Of a stretch of 64,000 nucleotides of DNA, positions 1 through 15,354 are shown piece after piece. The notes under the pieces are model-generated. The model did no database searches, was not told the DNA's origin, and was given only the letters and a program-made list of their open reading frames with translations. Origin of the DNA: the human T2T-CHM13v2.0 reference genome, Homo sapiens. Each line of letters starts with the position of its first letter. Positions within the stretch are counted from its first letter, which is position 1. A program made the position numbers and the translations under genes. Where the stretch lies: NCBI RefSeq assembly GCF_009914755.1, contig NC_060926.1. One strand, 5' to 3'.

Positions 1-490
1 TTTACTTTCTTCAAAAGTGAATGTGAATATTTTTTCCCTACAGTTTGAGACTGCCAGACATTGTAAAGTTATTTTATATGTGATTTCAATGTATTTATCT
101 TGTTATTAAATGTTCACATTGAACACATTTTTATACCTTTATTGATTTTTGTGATTTTTTTTTCCTTTGGTGAATTGCCTGTTCTTTTCTGAGCGCATTC
201 CTATGTTTAATTATATTTTTTGGTCTCCATTTGTGAGAAAAATTGATTTATATATGAATAAATAAATAAAATTTTTGTCTTTTTCACATGGTGGACATAT
301 TCCTGCCAGTCTGCAATTTTTTTTCACTTAGTTTATGAAGTATATTACCAATAAGAAATATATACGTGGTCAAAGCTGTCAATCATTTTCTTCTGGTTTC
401 AGTTAAATTAGAATATGTGTGTTTGTGTGTATGTACATATGTACATTTACATATTTTAGAATTTTTAAACATTTAATTATTTAATATCCC
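1..490 (-). mobile_element. Ancient L1M (L1ME-like) fragment
   Basis: T-rich sequence with degenerate antisense L1 ORF2/3' motifs (TTGTGAATTGCCTGTTC, GTGGTCAAAGCTGTCAATCATTTTC). Highly diverged; ends approximate. Confidence 0.45.
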
Positions 491-819
491 AACCCTGCAT
501 GAAGCAAAGATTCTTAACTTTGCATGCAATCTAGCCAATTCACATGAGTTCATCTCATGTCTTGTGAAACTTTTTAAATGTAGCCAACGGTACCACAGCA
601 GGTATACAACACTCAATTTCCCTATATGCCAGAGACACAAACTGAGTCAATAATTTATCTGCTTCCAAAATTATAGCTGATGCAGTTTTTAAAAATGTTT
701 GGCCACAGCATCCCGTCACTGTCCTTCTAACTTCTAGTAGCAGTTTTTCACCATCTAGTACATGGACATGAGGCTAGTGCTGCCTGCTTAAGGTTTTCTG
801 ATATAGTAGTACTCATCTT

Positions 820-1210
820 GTCTATCAGTCAGGACACATAAAATTATATAATCTCTCTAAAGATTGTGGTGTAAAGATGTTTATTTTCTCACACTGCATA
901 TGTCCATTAGGAGTAAGTCCATGCAAGAATAATGATAAATCTGTTATTAGATCCTAGAACATTATACAGTAGCAAAATATTTTGTAAAACAGTAATAGCC
1001 TGTAGTTTTCACTCCAGGAATTAGGGTGAAAAAATAGCCTCTCTCTGGAACATAGCAAGCCTCATGACACAGGGACAAAAGAAAAATGAACTTGAAGCTT
1101 CTGTTCAGGAGTGGCACACATCGCTTCCACAAACAATTAATTGGCTAAAGCAAATCACCTGAAGCTCTTGTGTTTAAAGGGCAGATGCTCTGCCAGGGGG
1201 GAGAAGAAAT
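820..1210 (-). mobile_element. Old ERVL/MaLR LTR fragment (MLT1-like)
   Basis: GGAGTGGCACACATCGCTTCC...ATTGGCTAAAGCAAATCACC resembles the antisense MLT1J/K motif. Confidence 0.35.
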
Positions 1211-1267
1211 ACTCATGAAAGTAATAAAAGATTACTTTTGCCTTTCTCCTTCATTGACTCTATTTTT

Positions 1268-1990
1268 CAGACAGACATGAGCAGGGCAGGAGATGGTGAA
1301 CCTGCAAGCAGGAATGTCAGGCGACCATCAGGTGATGTTCAGGCGGTTGTTAACTGTCTCTCTAAAATAATAGTTGGTTGCAGCCAGCACGAGGGAAAGG
1401 CAGTCTCCCCGTAGATAGAAAATACCTAAAAAAATTGGTGATCAACAGCTTGCCTGTAAGATCTCAGGAGTTGCATGAGTGAGCTCGAGCATGCACACTA
1501 AGAGGCAAAACGGTGAAGTTTAACTGGTATATGACCTCCTAGGGACATTTGGCTGGTAAGGGAAGAATACCTCAAGTGAACATGCCTGCAACTCCAGTAA
1601 ACGCACCTTGCACTCACCTCCCAAGTGCTATCAGGCCACTGCACATGCAGATAGCCCACTACAAGCAAAGAATCAGGGGAGAAAAGAGGCAGACCTTGGA
1701 AGTATGCCAACGTATGAAACCCCAAGTCAAAAGGTCAAATGCACACTTGGCTTTCTCAAGTAGCCCACCTGTCCCTCTTCCAACTATAATTTCCTTCCTT
1801 TTATTTCTGCTCTAAAGCTTTTTAATAAACTTTCACTCCTGCTCTAAAATTTGCTTTAATTTCTGCCTTATGCACTTCAGTCAAATTCTTTCTTCTGAGG
1901 AGGTAAGAATTGAGGTACTGTAGACCCATATAGATTCGCCGCCGGTAACGTTTTGGTGCGGTGTGACTGGGATAATTTCCACTCCTAATA
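1268..1990 (+). mobile_element. MER50 LTR (ERV1), 5' end slightly truncated
   Basis: CAGACATGAGCAGGGCAGGAG, AGGAATGTCAGGCGACCATCAGGTGATG and GCACTAAGAGGCAAAA-like motifs match remembered MER50. AATAAA near 1825; PBS-like TGGTGCGGTGTGACTGGGAT at 1954-1973. Confidence 0.85.
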
Positions 1991-3179
1991 TATTCTGTCT
2001 GTGGAATTCTTGGTTTTAACTTTCTGAGTGTTTTGGCTGTATGTCCTAGGATATTGCTCTGAATTTATCTTCCATATGATTAATTTAGTCTTCAACAGTG
2101 TTTATTCTGTTATTTTATTTTTAATCAAGCTTAAATATTATAATTAATTCTGAAGTGGGTACTTAGTTTTTTTTATTTTTTAGTTTGTATTTTAGCTTGT
2201 TGTTTTTTAGTTTGTCTCTGATTCACACCAGTCTGCTAAATTTGAAGGTAAAATCTGTGCAGATGCATAGAGCATATTGATAAGAAAGATTCAATAGAAA
2301 TACAAGGTGAAGGATGCAGACAATGCATTTGACTTTCTCAACTGTTAAAACAGGAGAAACTTGCTCTGGAAAGAGACTACTTTCATGATTTTTTTTTCCT
2401 TCCTGGCATCTTCAGATAAGACATTCTCCAAATTTTTGTGGATTCCCCCAAACTCTAATTAACAAAAGAATGGAAAAAAGAAAAAGAACCTTCTTAAGAA
2501 ATAAGTAAGTATGAAGCATGAAGTTCTCTGTATTTTAGCTTGGAAAACTCAACCCAACAATATTTGGATGAGAATATTAAAGCTCCCTCTCTCCTTTACT
2601 TATACTATACAATTAAATGACTAGGCAAAGACCCTTAGTCATTCTCCCAGAGCAACATAATAATTTATGGGGCCAGATGAAAAATCTGAGTCACTCTCAT
2701 TGTTGGGATAGATAATTCTACCAGCAACTGAGCCCAGTAATTTAGATGTATAGTGGTAAATAAATGATGGCTTTTTAACTCTTGTTGACTAAGAATCATT
2801 TATGTATTTATTTCTCTCTCTTAATGCTTAGTACTTAAACATTATGTTACTGTACTTTCAGCAATGGCCTTGTGAGTAAACAATTATCAGTGGGGGGTGA
2901 AATTGTGGAAAGGGGAAGTAAAAAATGTTAAGGATGCAATTTCTTAGTGAAAAATGAATGTGCAGATATGTAAAAATATCTTGGTGTGTGACCATGGTTT
3001 TGTCTCACATGGGTTACTTCTGTAGCTCTGACTCAGACTCATGTGCTTCTCAAAATCCATTTTCAAAGGAGATTATCCCATGTTTTACTGTTATATATCA
3101 GATTACTTTCTCTAACAGTGGTCTGTTCCAGCATTCACTGGCTCCACCCTCCTGGGAAGTTATGTTTCTATTTTTTCAA

Positions 3180-3292
3180 ACAATTCTGCTCTTCTATAAT
3201 GTTACGATACTTTTGTCTGTTTCTTTAGTACTGTATACCCATATCCCTAGATCATAGCAGGCATTTAATATATTTCATTGAATAAATTAAAA
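3180..3292 (+). mobile_element. L2 3' end fragment
   Basis: CATAGCAGGCATTTAATATATTTCATTGAATAAATTAA resembles the L2 3' terminus. Confidence 0.55.
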
Positions 3293-4314
3293 ATGCATAA
3301 ATTGGGCACCTAATTGTACATCTGGTGATAAATATCTCCCTAAATGTGCACTGTTCAGAGGAGTCAAATCATAATTAAAACCACTTTAGGATGAGCAGCC
3401 AATCTGTTTGATGGCGAAGCCATTCTGTCATGCCATTTTAATTATAATGATTCTCGTCAAAATGTTCTAGAAATTTGATTCCAAGATTTTGGTAGATTAA
3501 TGTCTTGTTGACATTTTAGGAATTGGCGTTCACTTTTCCTGAATTCATTTTTACCTTGAACTTGATGTGGTATTTGTCATATTTTATGTTTCAGGTATTT
3601 GCTACCATTGCTTATAATCATCAAGTAACCAAACCTTAACTAGCATTGTAATGTTATGAGGTTTGTGCCGTGAATGGTCATTAAATTAATATTTTTCATC
3701 ATAGAAATTGTCATTTATAGAGGATTTGACAATCGTCCAAATTAGTCTTAAACTCTTTCCACCTATCTAACTTGCAAGGATTCCATTTACTTAATAAAAA
3801 ATAGAGCAGCTAAACCAAAGGCACATTTTTATTTTCATTTATTTTTTCAATTTCCACTTAAATGGTTCATGACTTTTTTAGTTAGAAAAACATAAAACAT
3901 TCAAAATTATCTTGATTATTTGCTTTATTAGCCCACAAAGAGAGAAGAAAATAAATAAATGCAAGCAGGTGTTATACACAGATGTGCATTGCTAAAGCTA
4001 ATAATATGCCATTCTTTCTTAATAGAATTCTCCCAGTACATTTTTTTGCCTGAATCATACACCATTGAAGTTCAAACCCAAGAATTAAAAAAGAAAACTC
4101 AGTCATAATTCAATATATAATGAAATATTTTCTCTATTCACTTTTTTCATGTGTTGAAACATAAAATAGATGTAGTGGACCTATCAGGAATGCATTGGCC
4201 CTTAGTCATAAGGTTTTATGGGAAGAGTCAGAATAATATATGATTAGTGAGTATTAAAGAAAGAAGGGAAGAACACACTTGATTTGAATTTTATAATCTA
4301 GCAACACAAAGATG

Positions 4315-4560
4315 CAGAATACACAATGGCAAAGATTATTGTCCCTGAAGTCAGACCCATCTGGCTTCAAACCCCGGCTCAACCATTTAGTAAGAGTGAG
4401 ATTGGGCAAGTCACTTAAGCTCTCTGTGCTCTAGTTAACTACTCTGTGAAATGAAGATAATAATATCACTTAAGTCATGGGTGATTGTGAGAATTAAATG
4501 AGTTAATACGTGTTGCTCAGAAGAGTGATTAGAACAGAGGAAGAAGTGTTAAAATTACTT
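4315..4560 (+). mobile_element. MIR SINE
   Basis: GGCTTCAAACCCCGGCTC (B-box-like), TTGGGCAAGTCACTTAAGCTCTCTGTG core, TTGTGAGAATTAAATGAG. Confidence 0.85.
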
Positions 4561-5154
4561 TTGTCATTACCACCTGAGAGAATGTAGTATGGTATTAGTG
4601 AAAAGGTAGTGATAGGCAAGTTCTGTTAAATGTTTCAAAAGTGAACCCTAGGAATTATGTGTACTTTTTCATGGCAAAGATACCCATTAGTTGGACTGTG
4701 TTAAATGCATAATTCAAAATTCTTCTAATGTTTAGTGGAAAGCATGGCTAAAAACATAATTAAGCAAACACTCTAGTGACATTGTTGATTGCCTATCTAT
4801 TTATCCCTTTACAATTGAAAAACAATTTTCTTTCAGATATTCAACGCTCACCTAGGTTGGTATCCATTTTGTTTGAAAGGGAGCATATTGTTGAAGGGGG
4901 TTTTATTTGGTCTGAAGGAGAAGGTAGAACATGAAGGAGGAGAGAGTGAAGAGAATAAGTGACATAGAGCCAGAGTCCTTAGTGAATGACAGAAGATCAT
5001 TGCCTTAGCTGTAGACTCTCTCAGTTATGTGATGTAAGATAATCCTTTTGTCATTAAAACCTGTTATCTATTTCATGATTGCTGCAACTAAAAGTTTCAT
5101 AACAATGTACACACACATTTACACCTTCTGTACATTTATGCTTCCAAAGAAAAT

Positions 5155-5830
5155 CTATGGTAGTTTTCATTTGGCGGCAAGTAACAGAAAACCCAAGCTA
5201 AAAGTAGCTTATTACAATCTAACAATTAATTGATTCTATACGGATGGTCCCTGACTTACAAAGTTTCAATTTAATTATCATACAACTATACTGTTTTTCA
5301 CTTTCAGTACAGTATTCAATAAATTATTTGAGATATTCAACACTTCGTTATAAAATAGGCTTTGAGTTAGATGGTTTTGCCCAGCTCTAGGCTACTACAA
5401 GTGTTCTGAGAACATTTAAACATTTAAAGTGGGCTAGGTTAAGCTATGATGTTCTAAATTACCTGCAATGTAGAAGTTAATAAAAGTGAATATTAATTGA
5501 GTAGATATGGTAATATGTTCCAAATGGTATCATAGGATTTTATATTTATGATGTTATATATTCATCACAGGCAACTCATGATTTAAGTACTGTTTATCAG
5601 AAGTAACCTCATCGTAAATAGAAGAGCATCTGTACTTGGAAGATGAAGGGTACAGTGTGCTTTAGAGCTGGCTTAATTCAGTCTATCCAGCTCAATTTTT
5701 TTCTGATCCTCCAAGGTCTGCTTTTTTTTTATTTGTTTGTTTAATTTTCTTTTGGTGTGTTTTGGCTTCATCTTCAGGCTGATACTAAGATGACTGTCAG
5801 ACTTAAACAACTTACATTCACATGTCTCCA
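5155..5830 (-). mobile_element. Old ERVL/MaLR LTR (MLT1K/LTR33-like) interrupted by MER47
   Basis: GCAAGTAACAGAAAACCCAAG before the MITE, and GCTGGCTTAATTCAG / GGCTTCATCTTCAGGCTG after it. Confidence 0.5.
5241..5632 (-). mobile_element. MER47-family MITE (TcMar-Tigger)
   Basis: TIRs CGGATGGTCCCTGACTTAC ... GTAAATAGAAGAGCATCTG with TA on both sides (5239-40, 5633-34). Internal TTTCACTTTCAGTACAGTATTCAATAAATTA matches MER47. Confidence 0.85.
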
Positions 5831-5844
5831 TTTAAGTATTGTTA

Positions 5845-5966
5845 GAAAAATAAGACACTAGGAAGGTCGAATAATTTGACTACATCACAATTTGGAAGTG
5901 TTATGACACATTCTCTTATTCTTGCCCAACTCTAGAGGCCAGGCTCTTAAGCAGTATGCAACACTA
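5845..5966 (-). mobile_element. MIR fragment
   Basis: CTCTAGAGGCCAGGCTCTTAAGCAGTATGC is an antisense MIR head; upstream degenerate core. Confidence 0.55.
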
Positions 5967-6608
5967 TATTACTCATAGTAATTGAAGGAAGATAAGATAC
6001 AGAACATAACAAATGAGAGATAATTCTTGGACCTTGTTGATTATTATAAATCCCTTTCAGTGGGGAGTTCTTGCAAGAGTTCTTTGAAAGGAGGGGGCGA
6101 CCTGTATCATTTGAAGAGTAGAGTTTGTAAGATTTGACTGTTGCCTAAGGTGAAAGGTATTCACTACTGAGAATATTCTGGAATTTTTCTCTGAAGGAGA
6201 TGTCTATAGTTTGAGAATTTTGTTTCTAATTTATGAAGTATTAGGAGGAGAATTATTTTAGAAATAAATGTGAAATATAATAATATAAAAATGAAATATT
6301 TATATGTATAAAATGTAGTAGCACAAAAAGCTACAGAAAAACCATGTAATGATATTAACAAACAAAATGCCTCTATGAGAAAGCTTTTGTTTGATCGGAA
6401 AACTCATTTAATTACAGTGCTCTTTATATAATAAAAACGTGACATAAGCATCATGAGAAGAAAGTAGAATATTTAAAAGATAAATTATTTCTGTGCCTAC
6501 AAAAATGTGATCAAAATTTGTGTGAAAACTCACCTTCCACAGGCAAATGCACAATAGACATATGTACAATAAATATACTGTTGGAGCTATGTTCTCTTTC
6601 CTAACGAC

Positions 6609-6610
<2 letters not shown>

Positions 6611-6656
<46 letters not shown>
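6611..6656. repeat. Perfect (TG)23 microsatellite
   Basis: 46 bp of uninterrupted TG. Confidence 0.99.
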
Positions 6657-6658
<2 letters not shown>

Positions 6659-7422
6659 TATTTAGAGGTGGACCTCGAAATAATACTAAATTGGGCCCTA
6701 CATCAATTTTTAATAATTCATTTTCCATGTTTTTATTTTATTTGTTCTTATAACTTCAACTTTTTTTTTTAACAGTCAGTCAGTGGATTCCCTTATTCAC
6801 AATCATAACTCAACTTTCAGGAAAAGAGGACAACCTTCATTTTAAGAAGTTTTCCATAAACAGTGATGATCCTAACTTCCAAAATCTAAGAACTCAGCAT
6901 TTGAGCATGGAGCCTCACAAATTCCCCATATATTATTCACTTAGGGTAATTTAAGATCTTTCTTTCTGGAGCCACATTCTAGAGATCCTAGTACCACCAC
7001 ATGCTTTTAAAAGGTATTGACCACTTCTCTCATGGATTATGGCTTTAAGTGAAGACAGCTTATTTCTTGTCTTTATGCTGAGCACTAAGTAGGACTGTTT
7101 AAAAACCAGGAGCATTTATATAGTGACACTAAAGTAACACAGGTCTTGCCTTTGTAATTTTGTCACAAAATCCACTCACATTGGAAACTAGATTTTCCCA
7201 AAGTCCAAGTAAAATGGTGTGCCTTAGTTGTACAGGCCAGGAGAAGATTTTACCATCAGGCAGGGGCCAGCTGCTATGTTCTTTTTTCTATGTGGATAAC
7301 CATCCATTTAATTAAAGTCAGTGAATTTTAAAACAGAAAAATAAGAGGATAAGCTGTATGATTTAACAAGTGTCTTAAATGTCAAGTGACTATAGCCTAA
7401 AACATCTCCAAATTTAAATTTG

Positions 7423-9178
<1,756 letters not shown>

Positions 9179-9179
9179 C

Positions 9180-12100
9180 TTCAACTTTTATTTTAGATTC
9201 AGTGGGTCTGTGTGTAGGTTTGTTACGTGGGTATATTTCATGATGCTGAGATTTGGGGTATGACTGATCTCATCACCCAGGTACTGCACATAGTACCCGA
9301 TAGTTTTTTGACCTGTCCGCTCTACTTTCCTCCCTGCTCTAATAGGCCCTACTGTCTATTGATGCCATGTTTATGTCCATGAGTATCCAATGTTTAACTC
9401 CTACTTAGAATTGAGAACATGCTGTATTTGGTTTTCTGTTCCTGTGTTAATTTGCTTAGAATGATGGCCTCCAGCTGCATCCATGTTGAGCAAAGGACAT
9501 GTTTTCTTTTCTTTTTTTTTTTTACAGCTACATATTATTCCATGTTGTATACGTACCACATTTTCTTTATCAAATCCACCATTGATAAGCACCTAGGTTG
9601 ATTCTATGTTTTTGCTACTATGATAGCCCTGTGATGAACATGTGAGTACGTGGGTCTTTTTGGTTGAATGATTTATTTTCTTTTGGATATATACCCAGTA
9701 ATGGGGTTGCTAGGTAAAATGGTAGTTCTGTTTTAAGTTCTTTGAGAAATCTTGAAACTGCTTTCCACAGTGGCTGAACTAATTTACACTCCCAACAGCA
9801 GTGTATAAGCATTCCCTTTTCTCTGCAACTTCAACAACATCTGTTACTTGCCTTTTTAAAAACAGCCATTCTGAATAGTGTGAGATTGTATCTCATCATG
9901 GTTTTGATTTGCAAATTCTCTGATCATTAGTGACAATAAGCATTTTTTTCATATGTTTATTGGCCACTTTTATGTCCTCTTTTGAGAAGCATCCGTTTAG
10001 ATCCTTTGCTCATTTTTTAAATAGGGTTTTTTGTTTTTGCTTGTTGATTTGTTTAAGTTTGTAATAGATTCTGGATATTAGACCTTTGTCAGATGCATAG
10101 TTTGCAAATATTTTCTCCCGTTCTCTACATCATCTGTTTTCTCTGTTGATAGTTTATTTTGCTATTCAGAAGTTCTTTAGTTTAATTAAGCCCCATTTGT
10201 CAACTTCTGTTTTGTTGCAATTGCTTCTGAGGACTTAGTCATAAATTCTGTCCTAAGACCAATGTCAAGAATGGTTTTTCCTAGATTTTCTTCCAGGATT
10301 CTTATAATTTGACATCTTACATTTAAATGTTTAATGCATGTTGAGTTAATTTTTGTATATGGTGAAAGGTGGGGATTCAGTTTCATTCTTCTGTGTGTGG
10401 CCAGCCAGCTATCCCACAACAATTTATAAAAAAGGGAAGACTTTTCCCCACTGCTTAATTTTTATTTGACTTTATCGACATCAGATGGCTGTAGGTGTGC
10501 AGTTGTATATCTGGGTTCTCCTACCTGTCCTACACATTACTCTATATGTCTGTCTTTGTACCAGTACCATGTTGTTTTATTTACTGTAACCTTATAGTAT
10601 AGTTTCAAGTCAGATAATGCAATGCCTCTGGCTTTGTTCTTTTTGCTCAGGACTGCTTTGGCTATTCAGGATCCATATGAATTTTAGAATATTTTTTTCT
10701 AATTCTGTGAAAAATGACACTGGTAGTTTGATAGGAATAACATTGAATCTGAAAACTGCTTTGGGCAGTGTGGCCATTTTAATGATATTGATTGTTCCAA
10801 TCCAGGAGCATGGAAGGTTTTTCTATTTGTTGGTGTCTTTTATGATTTCTTTCAGCAATGTTTTGTAGTTCTACTTGTAAAGCCTTTTCACCTTCTTGGT
10901 TAGACGTATTTCTAGGTATTTTATTTTATTTTGTGGCTACTGTAAGTGGAACTGCATTTTTTATTTGGCTGTCAGCTTGAACGTTATTGGCGTGCAGACA
11001 TGCTACTGATTTTTGCACACTGATTTTGTAACCTGAAACTTTACTGTAATTGCTTACCAATTCCAGGAGCCTTTTGGCAGAATCTTTAGGGTTATCAAGA
11101 TATAGAATCACATTGTCAGTGAAGAGAGATGGTTTGACTTCCTCTCTTCCTATTTTGATGCTTTTTATTTCTTTCTCTTACCTTAGTGCTCTGGCTAGAA
11201 CTTCCAGTACTCTGTGGAATAGGAGTGGTGAGAGTGGGCATCCTCATCTCATTCCAGTTATCAAGGGAAATGCTTCCAGCTTTTGCCCATTCAGTATAAT
11301 ATTGGCTCTGAGTTTGTCTTAGATGGCTCTTATTTTGAGGTATGTTACTTAAATACTTAGTATTGAGAGAGTTTTTAACATGAAGGGATGTTGAAATTTA
11401 TTGAAACCTTTTTCTGCATCTGTTGAGATGATCATGTTTCTGTTTTTATTTCTGGTTGTGTGGTGAATCATATTTATTGATTGGTATATGTTGAACCAAT
11501 CTTGCATCACAGGAATGAAGCCTACTTGATTATAGTGAATTAATATTTGATGTGCTGTGGGATTTGGTTTGCTAGCATTTTGTTAAGGATTTTGTATCTA
11601 TGTTCATCCTGGATATTGGCCCATAGTTTTATTTTATGTGTCTGTGCGTGTGTCTGTCAGGTTTCGATATCAGGATGATGCTAGCTTTGTAGAATGAGTT
11701 ACAGAAGTTTCTCTCCTCAATTTTTTAGAATAGTTTCACTAGAATTGGTACGAGCTCTTTGTTTTACATCTGATAGAATTTGACTGTGGCTCCATCTGGT
11801 CCTGGGCTTTGTTTGGCAGGTTTTTTATTACTGACTCAATTTCAGAACTTGATATTGGTCTGTTTAGAGTTTCAGTTTCTTCCTAATTGAATCTTGGGAG
11901 GTTGTGTGTTACCAGGAAAATTTGTCAATTTCCTCTAGATTTTCTGTTCATAGAGATGTTCATAATATTCTCTGAAGATCTTTGATATTTCTGTGGGATC
12001 AGTCATAATGTTATTTTTTGCCATTAGTAATTGTGCTTATGTGGGTCCTTATCTTTTTCCTTGTTAATCTAGCTAGCAATGTATCAATCTTGTTTATCCT

Positions 12101-12717
12101 TTTAAATAAACAATTTTTTGTTTCATTGATTTTCTGTGTGGATTTTAAGGTCCATAGAGATTTTATTTATTTCTTGTCTTCTGCTAGCTTTGGAAGTAGT
12201 TCACACTTCTTTTTCTAGTTCCTCTAGGTGTGATGTTAGATCATTAATTTGAGATCTTTCTAACTTTTTGATGAAGGCGTTTAGTGCTATAAACTTTCCC
12301 CTTAACACTGCCTTTGCTGCATCCCAGAGATTCTGCTATGCTGCTATGTTGTGTCTGTTTTCATTTATTTCAAAAAAGCTTTTTATTTATGCCTTAATTT
12401 CATTGTTTACAGAAAAGATACTTAGAAGCAAGTTGTTTAATTTCCCTGTAACTGTGTAGTTTTGAGAAATCTTCTTGGTAACACCCCACTGACAGCATTA
12501 GACAGATAATTGAGGTAGAAAACTAACAAAGAATTTCCGAACTTAAGTTCAACACTTTACCAATTAGATCTGATAGATGTCTACAGAATAGTCCACCCAT
12601 CAACCACAGTATATACCTCCTTCTCATCTACACATGGAACATACTCCAAGATCAACCACAACTTGGCCATAAAACATCTTAATAAATTTTTTAAAATTGA
12701 AATATTACCATCCATAT
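9180..12717 (-). mobile_element. L1PB/L1PA16-like element with 5' inversion
   Basis: Antisense 3' end TTCAACTTTTATTTTAGATTCAG and antisense ORF2 to 12480, then a sense endonuclease-region segment at 12481-12717. Confidence 0.9.
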
Positions 12718-13049
12718 GACATTTTTGTTTTAAATTGCTATTACTTTAAAACAAAAATTGGCTGACATTTGTTGGTGTACTCTAAACATAAAATTGCAAC
12801 TTCCTCCATTCTGTGCCTATTAGTTGGTTTCTCACATGGCAGCTAAAGTGGTGTAAACTAGGTGGAAACTTGGATCAAGTTTTTTAAATGTAATAATAGG
12901 ACTTAATATATAACATCAAAATGGTGTCCAATAGTGATGATTATTGATCTTCTTTGTTTCATAATTTTTCTATTCATTGCCTAAAAAACAAGACATATTA
13001 TAGAGGGTCTCTTCTGCTCCTTGCTTTTCCTTGGCTTGTCAGTGGTATC

Positions 13050-13504
13050 TGTGGCAGTCATAAAGTTGTGCCACATAGACCTCCCTTCAAGATTGAACTT
13101 GTCATCAGGTGTAACGTTGATAATATTTAGCTGTAGGTACTTTCATTATCTACTTGAGCTCTCAAGGTGAAGCCTTGCTTTTCCTAAAAACCACACAGAC
13201 CGTGAAACACAGAGAATGAAAGAGCATGATGAGAGCCCTATTTCTGCACAGCCTTTGCCCTAGACCTCCACATTTGGCTACGACTTTCCCAGAGTGGCAC
13301 TGTAGTCTGAGGCCCTTCCTGCTCTCTCCTCCTTCCTTATCTCTCTCATTTCACAGGTTTCAGACCTATATCATGGCCAGAAGTCTTTCCCTGCCTATTC
13401 CTGATCTCTCTTTCTTTATCTTTCCCAATCATTTTCCCGAATGAAAGCTCTTGCACTTTTAAATCTGTCTTGGTATCTCCTTCCTGGAGAATATAACTGA
13501 CACA
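13050..13504 (+). mobile_element. LTR16-family solo LTR (ERVL)
   Basis: TG...CA termini with perfect 5-bp TSD GTATC (13045-49, 13505-09). 3' motif CTCTTGCAC...GTCTTGGTATCTCCTTCCTGGAG...ACTGACACA. Confidence 0.8.
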
Positions 13505-13604
13505 GTATCAAATGTGAGATTTTCATACTGCTTTCTATAGTCTTTGTGATGGTATTCTCACAAGAAGCCAGGGAATCCTCATGAGTAGATTTAATAGCAA
13601 AACA

Positions 13605-13720
13605 CAGTTATTTTTTGAATGAAGACATTATTCACTAATTCAAATGTATTTGAGAGTTACTATACTCCACACTGTTCTATATCTTGAAATATATCAAATA
13701 ACATACATGATACAATGAGT
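13605..13720 (-). mobile_element. L2 fragment
   Basis: ATTCACTAATTCAAATGTATTTGAGAGTTACTAT...CACTGTTCTA resembles an antisense L2 3' end. Confidence 0.45.
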
Positions 13721-15076
13721 CATTAAGGGAGAAATGATTTATGGCTCTGGCAAAGTGTCAAAAATTTGGCATTTATCAAAAATAGACTAAATCATCAGTT
13801 CACACCACACTTCAAATAAGTACTCAATTTCTTGACTATTCAATGTAAAATAAAAATGACCAACAAAAATGTAAAACAAAATAATAAAAGGTCTAGAATA
13901 AGAGAGTTGCAAATATGCATCTGTTCTCGATGTAAGAGCAGTATTTTTCTAAGTATAAAAACAACTGAATGCATCACAAAAATATCCCATCGTTACAATG
14001 ATTAACTATAAAAGTTTCTGTGCTTCAAAAACAGCAATGATTTAAAATGATTTTAATAATTCACTGGTGCGTGTCATGCTAACATTATCTAATCTGGAAC
14101 CACCATATTATTTTCTTTTGTAAAAAACTTTTATTTTAAGTTCAGGTATACATGTGCAGGTTTGTTACATAGGTAAACTCGTGTCATGGGGGTTTTTGGT
14201 ACAGATTATTTCATCACCCAGGTATTAAGCCTAGTACCAGTTGGTTATTTTTCTTGATCGTCTCCCTTGTCCCACCCTCCACCCTCAAGTAGGCCCCAGT
14301 GTCTGTTCTTTCCCTCTATGTGTCCATGTGTTCTCATAATTTAGCTCCCACTTATAAGTGAAAAATATGCAGTTTTTGGTTTTCTGTTCTTGCTTTAGTT
14401 TGCTAAGGATAATGGCCTCCAACTCTATCCATGTCCCTGCAAAGGACATGATCTCATTCTTTTTTATGGCTGCATAGTATTACATGGCATATATGTACCA
14501 CATTTTCTTTATCCAGTCTAGCATTAATGGACATTTAGATTGATTCCCTGTCTTTGTTTTTGTGAATAGTGCTGCTATGAACATCAGTGTGTATGTGTCT
14601 TTATAATAAAATGATTTATATTCCTTTGGGCATATACCCAGTAATGGGATTGCTGGGTCAAATGGTAGTTCTCCTTTTAGTCCTTTGAGGAATTACCACA
14701 CTGCTTTCCACAAGGGTTGAAGTAATTTACACTTCCACTAATAGTGTATAAGCATTCCTTTTTCTCCTCGTCTTCACCAGCATCTGTTATTTTTTGACTT
14801 TTTATTAATAGCCATTCTGAATGGTGTGGGATGGCATTTCATTGTGGTTTTCATTTGCATTTCTCTATCAGTGTGGTTGCACTATTTTCATATGCTTGTT
14901 GGCTGCGTGTATGTCTTCTTTTGAAGTGTTCATGTCATTTGCCCACTTTTTAATGAGGTTTTTTTTCTTGTAAATTTAAGTTCCTTATAGATGCTGAATA
15001 TTAGGACTTTGTCAAATGCATAGTTTGCAAATATTTTCTCTCATTCTGTAGGTTGTCTGTTTACTCTGATGATAGA

Positions 15077-15354
15077 TAGTTTCTTTTCCTGTGCAGAAGC
15101 TCTTTGGTTTAATTAAGTCCGATTTGTCAATTTTTCTTTTTGTTGTAATTGCTTTTGGCATCTTCATCTTGAAATCTTTGCCCATTCCTATGTCCAGAAT
15201 GTTATTTCCTACTATCGTAGTTTCTTTTGCTGTGCAGAAGATCTTTAGTTTAATTAGACCCCATTTGTCAATTTTTGCTTTTTTTTTTTTCACTGCTTTT
15301 GGCATCTTCATCATGAAATCTTTGCCTATTTCTATGTCCAGAATGGTATTGCGT
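15077..15354. repeat. ~140-bp diverged tandem duplication inside L1 ORF2
   Basis: TAGTTTCTTTT(C/G)CTGTGCAGAAG...CTATGTCCAGAATG occurs at 15077 and again at 15218. Confidence 0.9.

Noticed and set aside
4315-4400. tRNA-like A/B-box sequence
   Set aside because: The tRNA-derived head of a MIR; no cloverleaf.
6408-6753. ORFs with (HT)n or (CV)n runs
   Set aside because: Artefacts of the (TG)23 microsatellite, with no other coding signal.
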